Positions 35,932 to 45,456 of a stretch of 64,000 bases of DNA are shown one piece after another. The stretch is taken from IMG/VR virus record IMGVR_UViG_2595698668_000001, positions 1 through 64,000 of that record; one strand, 5' to 3'. The notes beneath the pieces are model-generated. The model worked only from the letters and a program-made list of their open reading frames with translations. It searched no databases and had not been told where the DNA came from. Source of the DNA: a virus (lineage: Duplodnaviria; Caudoviricetes). Position 1 is the stretch's first letter; every line of letters begins with the position of its first letter. The translations under genes and the position numbers were made by a program.

Positions 35932-35938
35932 TATTTAG
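35932..35938 (-). promoter_or_regulatory. T4-type late promoter variant CTAAATA
   Basis: CTAAATA about 30 nt upstream of the 35902 ATG; no good -35 box. Confidence 0.55.
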
Positions 35939-36283
35939 GAAGTAGGAAAACCTCAACAAGTACAGCAATAATACTCACGCCAACCACAATAACCTTGTGT
36001 TTCTTTTTCTTCGATACCATAAAAGCAGTACCTAAGCCAAATCCGGTTGCAAACAGAGCAAAAGTCATAACATCCCCTTAAGACATGGCAAGGAGAGACA
36101 GGGAAGAAAGACCAGCTACGATATAGCCAGTAGTGAAAGCGCGTTGATATGCTGCGCGGGTAGCCTGTACCGATTTTACGAAACAAACACCCGCAACAAA
36201 ACCAAGTGCGATTACCATCTCTTTCTTCCTTCTCGTTAGTTGATATGAGTAGTATACACGAATACTGACGATGGTCAACTACT

Positions 36284-36670
36284 TTAAAAAAGAATTTTCA
36301 CGATAGTAAAAATTATTGCGTAATGAACAAGATGATGTGCCATTTGGTCTAGACCGAGATGATACCAAAATACTGGTTCTTGTGGTGTGTGACCTCGACT
36401 TAATTCAACTTTCATTTTATCAATAAAGAAGTGAGATATAAAATCAAAAAGAGTAAGACCAAGTACAACCCATATGTTCAAACCCATAATGATCGCAACG
36501 AACATTGTCATTAATGCATGTACCGTACAATGTGCTGCAAGGGGTGTAACCCAACCAACCTCTTTAAATTTCCCAAGCATATACTTACCTTGTAACAGGT
36601 AATCCGCTGAAAAATGTTTTATTTGGTAAAACACCAACAACCAAAAAATAGTACTAACAGGTTCAATCAT
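36284..36670 (-). CDS. DUF3307-like membrane protein
   Basis: HFSADYLLQ, HCTVH, HFFID, GLDQMAH motifs on transmembrane helices. Confidence 0.85.
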   Translation of the reverse strand: MIEPVSTIFWLLVFYQIKHFSADYLLQGKYMLGKFKEVGWVTPLAAHCTVHALMTMFVAIIMGLNIWVVLGLTLFDFISHFFIDKMKVELSRGHTPQEPVFWYHLGLDQMAHHLVHYAIIFTIVKILF

Positions 36671-37818
36671 TTCAAAAAGTCCTTACAAACAATGTTCTCA
36701 TCAAATACTTCTGGGTATCCAAGAAGGTTCACCAGACGTTGACGACATGCTACCACGTTAGATTCCACTATGTCAAAACCAAAAAGCTGATGAGAAATGG
36801 TTTCCTTATCATGACCCATATCTAGCCTACGCTCGGCAATCCGGTACAAAATGTTACCGTCACCACAGGCAGGGTCACAAAAGGAACCATCCCAGTTAAC
36901 AACACGGTCAAGTAACATATCAGTAACCACGTCTGGGGTAAAAACCTCGTGGGTGGATTTCTGTCGCTCTAAGTTAAACTCGGAAGCAACCCGATTCTTA
37001 TCCTCTGTGTGCGTCCCTGAATGGTATCTTCCTCGTGTTTCTACTTCATAGTAGGGTAACACACCCATATAGTCACAAATCCACTCACGAATCGTTGGAA
37101 GAGGTTTGGTGAGGTCTGGATATGGTACTGATGCCAGAGTACCAGAATCTAAATGCTGGTTGTTTTTATAAAGCGCCAAGAAAACTCTAGCATAATCCGA
37201 CTTGATATACTCCAAGAATTTATTCGCTTCTTCTAAAGTATCAAACCCATAGTGATGCCATTTAAGATTTGGTTTCGTTTCTACTATGTATTCTTTAGGG
37301 ACCATAGTAAAGAAATCTGCGTTAAACCTTTCCCCAGCGATTGGGACATGACCACGGATCAAACCAATATTGACGAAATAGTTTCCTTCTGGATTTTGGC
37401 TATTTAAAAGATTCTTTTGAACTGGTAACGCTTCATACAGCTTTGATATCTGGGTTCCGAAATAGTTTAGTTCATCAACTTTCATCCTATTTCTACCGTT
37501 CGTCATAGGCCCGTATACATCGATATACCCACTAAATGGAACACCAATTATTGTATGGGTTATGGATAATGGTACAAATAATCCAGCAGAAAAATAGAGG
37601 TTCCCATCAATTAGTTCCATTGATGTTATGTTTTCGCCGACTATCTTTTTAAATTCAACCACCCGTTTTTGTTCTTTGACTGGACGACGATTAAAAAATG
37701 GGGCAGATGGATGAACACAAATTATCTCTCTCCCAATAGAACTCGCTTTGTTAAAGAAGTCTAAGTGGAGATTCCTGTTATATGGTGGATTCATTATCAC
37801 GTAATCATATGAAATCAT
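36667..37818 (-). CDS. DNA N6-adenine methyltransferase, circularly permuted
   Basis: N-terminal DYVIMNPPY (motif IV); C-terminal EVFTP (X), DPACGDGN (I), GFDI (II), CKDFL (III). Confidence 0.85.
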   Translation of the reverse strand: MISYDYVIMNPPYNRNLHLDFFNKASSIGREIICVHPSAPFFNRRPVKEQKRVVEFKKIVGENITSMELIDGNLYFSAGLFVPLSITHTIIGVPFSGYIDVYGPMTNGRNRMKVDELNYFGTQISKLYEALPVQKNLLNSQNPEGNYFVNIGLIRGHVPIAGERFNADFFTMVPKEYIVETKPNLKWHHYGFDTLEEANKFLEYIKSDYARVFLALYKNNQHLDSGTLASVPYPDLTKPLPTIREWICDYMGVLPYYEVETRGRYHSGTHTEDKNRVASEFNLERQKSTHEVFTPDVVTDMLLDRVVNWDGSFCDPACGDGNILYRIAERRLDMGHDKETISHQLFGFDIVESNVVACRQRLVNLLGYPEVFDENIVCKDFLK

Positions 37819-38383
37819 ATCTGTTCACCTACATACATCATCACCGTAATATCTTCTTTATTACTCCTAGTCTGTTGACCGACATATACGTGTCGAGACG
37901 GATACCCCATTTCTATAATCTTTATAGCTTTTTCGTAATTTGTAGTTGGAATAATTCCCTCATAACAAACCAATTCTTTGGCCCCGTCTTCATGAGCCCA
38001 ACATGGATACCCATCTTCATTAATATAAAATACGGGGCCACCAATTCTATGTAGCATAAACACCTCTAAAAGTTAAGGGGGCTAATGCCCCCAATTATCA
38101 TAGACAAATAATATCTTGATGGAAAATGTCGTTTTCAACATCACGATAAGAACGGACGTCACCAACATAATCTCGATAAAATTTAATTAGGTCTTCCAAC
38201 TTCCGGAACGAACTATGAACCTCTTTTGTAAAGAACAAGTTTCGTAGTGCGTCATAATACACAACGTGGCTTTCCATCACATGATATCGGTCTTCCATAC
38301 CGAAATAGTCTGGTTCATATACAACGGAAATAAAAGAGATCTTACCGATTTGAATGTTTTCCAACAGTTTAAATTCGTCAAAT

Positions 38384-38854
38384 TTAATATTCATATTGAT
38401 TCTCCGTAAGGATTGTAATTACTCGATCTTGGTTTCTTACTACTCGTAAAGAATCTGGTGGATTCTTTACAAATTCTCGGATTCGGATTTGTGCATTTAC
38501 ATCTAGGATACCAACCCGACCCATATACCAGACAGTATACATATCTCTATCTGCTGGTGTAAATTCTGGATATTCTTTAATGATATCGGAGTCTTTAACT
38601 TTGATATTTTCCACCCGCTGGAAATACCTTACAATAAAATGGTCTGTTAGGTTTAATACCCCGACAGTTCTCCATGTACTGTAATTATAATGATCTTCTA
38701 TCCTACCACCTAGATAATCACCGGGCTGTAATGTGTATTCTACCTCTTCTAAAATACGATGGCAATTTGCTATCTCATCGTTCATTAGTTGAATTTGGCG
38801 ATTAATCTTGGTCACTCTAGAGGGTTTAATTCCACGAATACGACGACCGTTCAT
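38384..38854 (-). CDS. Putative BECR-fold (DUF4258-like) nuclease with N-terminal coiled coil
   Basis: LTDHFIVRYFQR...RVITIL. Confidence 0.45.
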   Translation of the reverse strand: MNGRRIRGIKPSRVTKINRQIQLMNDEIANCHRILEEVEYTLQPGDYLGGRIEDHYNYSTWRTVGVLNLTDHFIVRYFQRVENIKVKDSDIIKEYPEFTPADRDMYTVWYMGRVGILDVNAQIRIREFVKNPPDSLRVVRNQDRVITILTENQYEY

Positions 38855-39356
38855 AATTAAACCCCCGGATATTCAATACGATTCTCGTTTATCTCGTTCC
38901 AATAATCGTCACTCTCATTATTACCTTCGTCGTCATCCCAGTCTCGACGGGTCCAATCCTGATTTTCTGAATCCCAGAATGCAATACACCAATCACCAAC
39001 TCCCTCGTATCCATCATCAGCACCATATCCATATCGGATTTTTTGAACCCAATAATAACCAGATTTTCGGTTCTGTACTCGGAGTTCGTCCAACTCCTTA
39101 TTCTTTGTTTCTGCTAGTTCCTGAGCAAACTTAATTACTACTGGGATTAGGTCAGGATGAATAATAGACCGACCCCAACCAGACCAAATAATAATCTTAC
39201 CGTCTTTATTGGGCCATGAGAACTCTTTGAGGAACTTGTAATCACTCATAACAACAGACAATTCCCAGTTGTTGCTCTTTCGTTCACCCAGTTCGTTTAC
39301 AATCCATTTTGCATTCATAATTTTATCCTCTTTGAATTTTTAAATATTATTACATA

Positions 39357-40630
39357 TTATTTTTCTTGTGTCAACTTACACATAGCAACACAATAATCGA
39401 CAAAAGATTTTATATCTGGGTTTTTCTCTATTGGGTCTAAGTTCACTTCCGGTTGTTCTTTCACTTCCACTGTTTTAAGTAAATCCCAAACAAGGTCAAC
39501 GTGTCTGGTCCGGATACAAACCCGGATACTGTTGAATTCAATGATAATGAAAAATCTATTAGAAGAACTATCACCCCGAGGGAAGCTGTAATAAGATACA
39601 TCAAATGAATTATCGTTCATCCCAATTGCTTCATAAGAAAGTCTACCATATTTATCGCCTGTAAGTGACACATCTCCATATTTTTTAAGATTTTTGATAA
39701 AAGAACGTACTTGTCCTTTACTAGACAAATAAACAGAATTTCTAAGCATTGGCATTGCAATATAAGATCTATGTGTATTAAGCCAAAGTTCCGAACTGTA
39801 ATTAGAAAACCACATTGTATCTGATAAAGCTTTTGCAACATGACGAAGGTCATCACATGTTGCATTCTTTGCAATCATACGAGCATTCTTGTTTAAATAT
39901 AGAGGTGGTTTACTGGTCTTCTCCTTTGATGTGTTGTTCAAGTCTTCGGTATCATGTTTAGAATACATTTTAACCATTACACAGAACCCCTAACATTAAC
40001 AATACAATAGTTGACAAATGATGAAATTTCAGTGGACATCATAGACGTTGTTTCGTTTTTTGGTGCTTTATGGTATTGATTGTAAAAATCTCTGATACTA
40101 TTAATATAATTTGTTCTGATCCAGAAGATTTCACCATTATATTTTGCTTCCAACATAGTCTTATCTTTATCATGATAATCCCGTTCATACAATTTATAAG
40201 AGGTAAAATCGTTGTTGGAATCATTCATCCCCAATGCAGACCAAGATAACTGGACAACCTTTTCAAGTTTCAATTCCCCTGAATTGCACAATTCCTTAAT
40301 AAAATTATCTAATTCGGATTCGAGGTCAACACAAGCAACAAACGGGGTCTTTGTGTTTTTATAACTACGATACTTGTTTTCGTAGTTATGTGACATAGTT
40401 GGAAACTTTACAGTTTTATCTAGAATCGTTGCAATTTCCACTAAACCGTGATTACGAAGATATTCAGCATTTTTGTTGCGGAGAGCCTTAATCTTGGTTT
40501 TGTCTACGTCATCTCCGTTCATACCGATATATGAATTGTTTTTGGGTTTTGATCCTGTATGTACGACACCATTATACATGGATGAAAGCTCCTGTTCGAT
40601 TTCGTTTAGACTAATATCATACATTTTCAT
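39357..40630 (-). CDS. Tandem paralog pair (39357..39977 and 39977..40630)
   Basis: Shared LNKNA/RNKNA, AIGMND/ALGMND, IRT, IKSFVDYC/ISSFVNYC. Confidence 0.8.
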
Positions 40631-40646
40631 GATGTTTCCTTAAAAT

Positions 40647-40678
40647 TAAAGGGGATTGTCTTTCGACAACCCCCTTAT
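40647..40678 (-). terminator. Intrinsic terminator after the e.6 homolog
   Basis: AAGGGGGTTGTC-GAAA-GACAATCCCCTT-TAATTTT. Confidence 0.75.
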
Positions 40679-40685
40679 CTTACTA

Positions 40686-41285
40686 TTACTTGCTCAGGGA
40701 GTCAATGTAATCTTGTACTTCGATATCACTTACTTGAGTGACCTTATCACCGGTAAAGGTGTTAACTCGGGTAAGAACTTCGCTCACATCGATATCAACC
40801 AGTGCTGCGGCTTCTACCACATCTTCTGCGGAAGCAACACCAAGCTCATTTGCAGCCTTAGTTTCACGGATGAATTCCAGTTTTACTTGGAGGTCGTTGA
40901 GTTGATCATTGAGGCGGACGGTAGCAACCTCGATCTCGGAGCGCATACCAACAAACTCATCTGCTTTCTTGGTGAGGGCCTCAGAAGTCCGACGATACAG
41001 GATACCCAGCTTACCGTGACTTTCCACATTAACCCCTTTCTTGAGAAGACCACGAATCTCGTTTTCTTTCTTAACTGCGAGATTGGTTTTCTCTTCTGCC
41101 AGACTACGGAGCCGTTTTTCTTCTTTGATAGACTTGACGTGTGCAGTACGGAGACGGGTGATTTCGTTGATAATCCGTTCCGCTGCCCCAGTATACTGAT
41201 CTTCGACTGTAACGTTTTTGGTGGTGAAGGTCAGGATTTTAGCGGTGATAAATGCCCAGATTTGTTTCAGAGTTTTCATTTTCAT
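40686..41285 (-). CDS. e.6: T4 e.6 homolog, long coiled coil (PspA-like)
   Basis: VEDQYT.AA...VKSIKEEKR...KLGILYRRT...VKLEFIRET.AAN.LG...VQDYIDSL closely matches my recollection of T4 e.6. Confidence 0.85.
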   Translation of the reverse strand: MKMKTLKQIWAFITAKILTFTTKNVTVEDQYTGAAERIINEITRLRTAHVKSIKEEKRLRSLAEEKTNLAVKKENEIRGLLKKGVNVESHGKLGILYRRTSEALTKKADEFVGMRSEIEVATVRLNDQLNDLQVKLEFIRETKAANELGVASAEDVVEAAALVDIDVSEVLTRVNTFTGDKVTQVSDIEVQDYIDSLSK

Positions 41286-41586
41286 TTCCTTTTTATTGAG
41301 AATTGTTTAACTATTTTAGTTCAAAGCGACAATCGATACTACAGTGTGAGTTTCAGGTCCAAACTCAAACCCACAAGAATGTTCCGATGAGTATGAGAAT
41401 TCAAGAGTTCCTGTATCAAGAACTTTTTCTGCGGATTGTATAGTATCAAATACTATAATCCGAGAGTCGTTATGGAAATCATTATGAGGAACTATTTCTA
41501 CCTCTGTATCGCCATCATAACTCCAAACTTCTTTAGTAAAACGAATCGGTTTACGAGAAAGTTTTTCAATAATAACCCACATAATC

Positions 41587-42273
41587 TTACCATCCTTCCA
41601 TTGGGAACTCAAGATAAACTTGTGCGTTCCGACGAATTTCATTACTGATCTTCTTTACTCTGTCTGTATTACGGGATACACGACCAAACCAGCGCCAACC
41701 GTTACCAATTGTCTTTGACCCAGTGTGCCATGTTTGCCAATCAAACTGCAACAACGTCCGGTCAGGAGCAGTATGCAACACCAGTTCGCCATTGTCAATC
41801 TTTTCCAAAACTTCTTTGTGCCATTGACGGTAAATGAGTTCTCCATCTGGAACTTGACTAAACTCGGCTTCACCTACTGCAAAATGAGTAGGGCAGATAT
41901 CACCATTAACCAAACCAAGGATATGATCAGACAGATAACGAGGGTTGTCATAGTCGGGTTGCCCTGCTGTGATGAAATGCTGACCTACCGGGATGTCTGG
42001 ACGCGGAACGTCATCATGATGATAGCCGGGGATTGCGGGATACCAACCGGGCATAAGCATGTGTACACGAGAGTCAAACACAACATCCCCATATTGCCAT
42101 TCTTCCGGTAGATTGGCGATGAAACTCCTAGTTATAGGACCACCATGATTTATAGCAAAAGCCAAATCGCAGTTGAAGAACATAGGTTCGTTCTTGATTT
42201 CGTCATTTGATACATGTTGAGCGAACTGTCCGAGATTCTGGAACTTGGAATTAAAAATCTTTTTGCTATTCAT
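41587..42273 (-). CDS. 2OG-Fe(II) oxygenase-like protein
   Basis: PGYHHD (HxD), distal WH and RWFGR, consistent with a double-stranded beta-helix dioxygenase. Confidence 0.6.
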   Translation of the reverse strand: MNSKKIFNSKFQNLGQFAQHVSNDEIKNEPMFFNCDLAFAINHGGPITRSFIANLPEEWQYGDVVFDSRVHMLMPGWYPAIPGYHHDDVPRPDIPVGQHFITAGQPDYDNPRYLSDHILGLVNGDICPTHFAVGEAEFSQVPDGELIYRQWHKEVLEKIDNGELVLHTAPDRTLLQFDWQTWHTGSKTIGNGWRWFGRVSRNTDRVKKISNEIRRNAQVYLEFPMEGW

Positions 42274-42515
42274 AATTAATCCTTATTGAAATAATCATCG
42301 GCGCTATCGGAAGTCAGTGGGTCATGTTCGCTAGTATCATATAACTCAACATTTACTTTGGTAGAGATACTACTACAATTGTCTCGGTGTTCTAAACTAA
42401 CCCACAAAGATATGTTCTCTTTGATGTAACGAATCAAATACTCTTGATTTTGCTCAACCCACTGTTCATAAGTCATTTTAGTATCCATGGTTATCTCCTT
42501 TTGTTTCGACAAGAA

Positions 42516-42545
42516 GAGTATCCCATTTCTGAGATACCCAGTCAA
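42516..42545 (-). promoter_or_regulatory. Early promoter/hairpin cassette (copy of the 5937-5966 type)
   Basis: TTGACT-GGGTATCTCA-GAAA-TGGGATACTC. Confidence 0.8.
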
Positions 42546-42548
42546 CAA

Positions 42549-42845
42549 TTATTTTGAAAAAGATTTGTGAATAGCTACAGCTTCCCATACCTTATTAAAT
42601 GCATCTTCAAATGCATCATTTTCAGCGTATTTCCTGTCGTATTTTTCTGGATCTAATCCACCAGAATTGACACCATGAAAAACTAAACCGTTTTTTAATG
42701 TAATTATACAGAATAGATATCTGTTATGCTTTTCAACAATACCATCCACTCCATATACACCATTTGTGTTATCAATACCCTGTTTTGCGGTAAACCAAAA
42801 AACAGTACTGATATAACTTCCTACTTCTTCTTTGCTTATTTTCAT
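42549..42845 (-). CDS. N4 Gp49/Sf6 gp66-family protein (candidate Acb4-like nucleotide sponge)
   Basis: FWFTAKQG...FCIITLKNG...G...DPEKYD...A..KVW matches the family pattern. Confidence 0.65.
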   Translation of the reverse strand: MKISKEEVGSYISTVFWFTAKQGIDNTNGVYGVDGIVEKHNRYLFCIITLKNGLVFHGVNSGGLDPEKYDRKYAENDAFEDAFNKVWEAVAIHKSFSK

Positions 42846-43593
42846 TTATCCGATCCAATCTATGAGTATAAAAAGACTCTTGGTTGTGTACACATATTCA
42901 CTAACGAAACAACCTTCTGCATACCAGATCTTTTCTCCGTTGGAGATGACCATACCTCGTTTTATCGGTTCCTCGTTGAAAGAGAACATATTAAACATAT
43001 TCTCCCAATCTTGACAATGAACGACCCAAGGTTTGATGTACCTGTATTGCCCTAGAATAAACCCGTCTCTGGTTTTTACTCCACCTCGCATTTCAAATAG
43101 ATCGTCTGGGGATTCATCTGATTGTACCATGAAAACACTAGGGCCAATTTTTACATCGAATTTCATTCTTTCTTACCTGCAACCATAAGCAAAATTCCAG
43201 AAATAACCGGACTGAACACGATAGAACCAACCATCCAAAGAGCCCAATTCCTATTCCACATATGAGCCCCAATTGAAACAAGAGCACATAAAGCAACATA
43301 CAACCCGTCGTTGATGATAAATTCCATTATACTTTTACCCCAGTTAGAACCACAATTTCATATTCATCCAGAGAGAAATCAACGTCCGGATCTGAATAAA
43401 ATGTATTGATCCCTCTTTTAATTTCTCCCCTTTCGAGAATACGCTTGACATCCATATAAGCCAATAGACACCAAACGTTGTTAGAGAATTCCGGTTCTGT
43501 TAGACAATAGTCTGTTTCTCCATCTATATGGCTGGTGAAAACTTCCCAGCCTACAAACTTCCCAGTTTCTTTATGTGCAAGTGCAAACATATC

Positions 43594-44253
43594 TTAACCC
43601 TCGTTTTTGTAACGACCATAGTATAATATCTCAGCTTCTTTCCGTTTTAGGATGGCTTCTGATTCATCAGAACCATAATAAAGTTGGATACATTTTTTGT
43701 CAACATATATGTAAGATATCCATACACCTCGGTCTTTCCTATACTTAACTCCTGATATCCCAGACTTACAATCCTCCCTAACTTTTTGATCAAAAGATTG
43801 CATTTCGTCACTAGTCCATTCGCATGTATCTTTACTGTAAATGTTACTTGAGTTTATCCGGTTTATAGAAGTACCATCCGGCCTGATTCCCATGTCTTCG
43901 ACGAAGTGTCTAAAACCTTCACCTCCCCGAGAGAGCCACCGTTCGCATACTGTTATTCCTACAGCACCATATTTGTAATACGAGTCATTATTCTCGTTAG
44001 TACACCTACTTACCATAGCATTGTACGATGAATATGTGTATTTGTCTATTATGAATTTATTATATCGTTTACAACCACAAGATTTCGTCTTTCCGTCTTT
44101 AACCCGTGAGTGTGTCGTTTCAAACTCGTTTCCACAATGACACCTACATAACCATAATGTAGGTTTTCCTGTTTCTTTTCTTATTACACGAATGAAGGTT
44201 ATCCCATTGATAACCTTCCCAGACATATCTATTAATTTCCTTCCCAATCTCAA
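43594..44253 (-). mobile_element. HNH homing endonuclease with C-terminal AP2-like domain
   Basis: WLCRCHCG, KSCGC, YGAVGITVCERW, F..DMG.RP..SINRIN..Y....CEW, then SGISGV...W..YI. Confidence 0.9.
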
Positions 44254-45158
44254 CTCCCAAAAGGTTTGATCAAATGTTGATTTTTCAGGAAAAGTTGGAC
44301 GTAATTTTTACCATTATGTGTCTGATCGTTGTATATATCTACCACCAGATTATGATTTTCGTATGCAAATTCCCTAAACCACCCAGATGTAATAGAAGTA
44401 CAAACCTTTTCCAATGCCATCATAAAAGCTTTGGCTGGATGAACCTTACCCGGAAATGGTACTATACACCGTTCTAGTGCCAGAACACAAGCTTCTTCAT
44501 ACACACCAAGAAGTTTAAGACGCATATCACACTGTTCAAACTTCGTTTTTGATGTCATCACTTCTTCACCATCAACCATGTATGACAAGTAAGCGGGTCG
44601 TTCTCCAACAGCAATAGCTTGGTGAACTGTGTCATGGTCCATAGTGTAAAAATCATCGGTAAAGAAATCTTTCTTCCCTACATTAAGCTTCGGGTGTCCG
44701 TAAGTCAAGGATTCTTTTTCACGTTTCTTGAAGATCTCGAATTCTTTTTCATTCATCACCACACCAAAGTCACGAAGTTCGTGAATGGATTTCATGGTTT
44801 TGATGAAATTTCGAGTATTCTTTTTGAATCGATGGGACATCTTGATTGCCAGTAGAATACCGGGATTTGCTATCTTGATCTTACCATGCTCGTTATTCAT
44901 GTAGTTCGCAATCATCTCATCAGACGAACCCGGTTGAATGATATAAGCTTCATGGTAGCAACTACGACAATCCCCACGTTCAACAACAAAAGCCCGTACA
45001 TTTGGATTCTGTACGGCTACAGAGCGGCCTTGCATACGAGCTTGGTATTCACTCCACTCTTTTTCTGTTGCGATGAAATCATAATCCATATCTTTAGTTG
45101 GGGCCATACAATCAGCGTAAAAGCATTCCAACATAGCACGAGAACCAATCAAAATCAT
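44250..45158 (-). CDS. Pol-beta-superfamily nucleotidyltransferase-like protein with a helical C-terminal domain
   Basis: LIGSRA...DMDYD (GS...DxD), KMSH, DHDTVH, EEACVLALER; start MILIGS with GAGG SD. Confidence 0.7.
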   Translation of the reverse strand: MILIGSRAMLECFYADCMAPTKDMDYDFIATEKEWSEYQARMQGRSVAVQNPNVRAFVVERGDCRSCYHEAYIIQPGSSDEMIANYMNNEHGKIKIANPGILLAIKMSHRFKKNTRNFIKTMKSIHELRDFGVVMNEKEFEIFKKREKESLTYGHPKLNVGKKDFFTDDFYTMDHDTVHQAIAVGERPAYLSYMVDGEEVMTSKTKFEQCDMRLKLLGVYEEACVLALERCIVPFPGKVHPAKAFMMALEKVCTSITSGWFREFAYENHNLVVDIYNDQTHNGKNYVQLFLKNQHLIKPFGS

Positions 45159-45177
45159 AATATTACCCTCAAAATTT

Positions 45178-45198
45178 ATGGGGTCAATACGACCCCAT
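45178..45198 (-). terminator. Hairpin between the small SSC genes and the nucleotidyltransferase
   Basis: ATGGGGTC-GTATT-GACCCCAT-AAATTTT. Confidence 0.65.
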
Positions 45199-45204
45199 TT
45201 AAAA

Positions 45205-45432
45205 TTAGCAACTACTTTCTTCCCAGTAGCTAGGCTCTGCATCAACGGATACGGTAAAGCCTTCCCCACCTTCACCATAACAAGAACTACTCAGCCAGTC
45301 ATTAAACACGATCTCATCAGAGTCGGTGTCTAGTTCTACACCATAATCATGTTGACCAGCAAGATCACGTACTTCTTTCAGGAGTACAGCCAGTTGTTTT
45401 GCTTTTTCTACCAGTTCATTACTACGAGACAT
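45205..45432 (-). CDS. Small protein with WLSSSC and C-terminal WEESSC motifs
   Basis: Helical N-terminus, acidic tail, strong AAGGA SD. Confidence 0.8.
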   Translation of the reverse strand: MSRSNELVEKAKQLAVLLKEVRDLAGQHDYGVELDTDSDEIVFNDWLSSSCYGEGGEGFTVSVDAEPSYWEESSC

Positions 45433-45456
45433 TTTAGTTTTCCTTTTGTTTAAAAA

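Noticed and set aside
40656-41390. 244 aa + strand ORF, and the many other + strand ORFs in the track
   Set aside because: They lie opposite well-supported minus-strand genes, have atypical composition and no evident + strand SD context
45159-45278. 40 aa N-terminal extension of the NTase given by the ORF track
   Set aside because: It overlaps the upstream gene and hairpin; the SD supports the start at 45158
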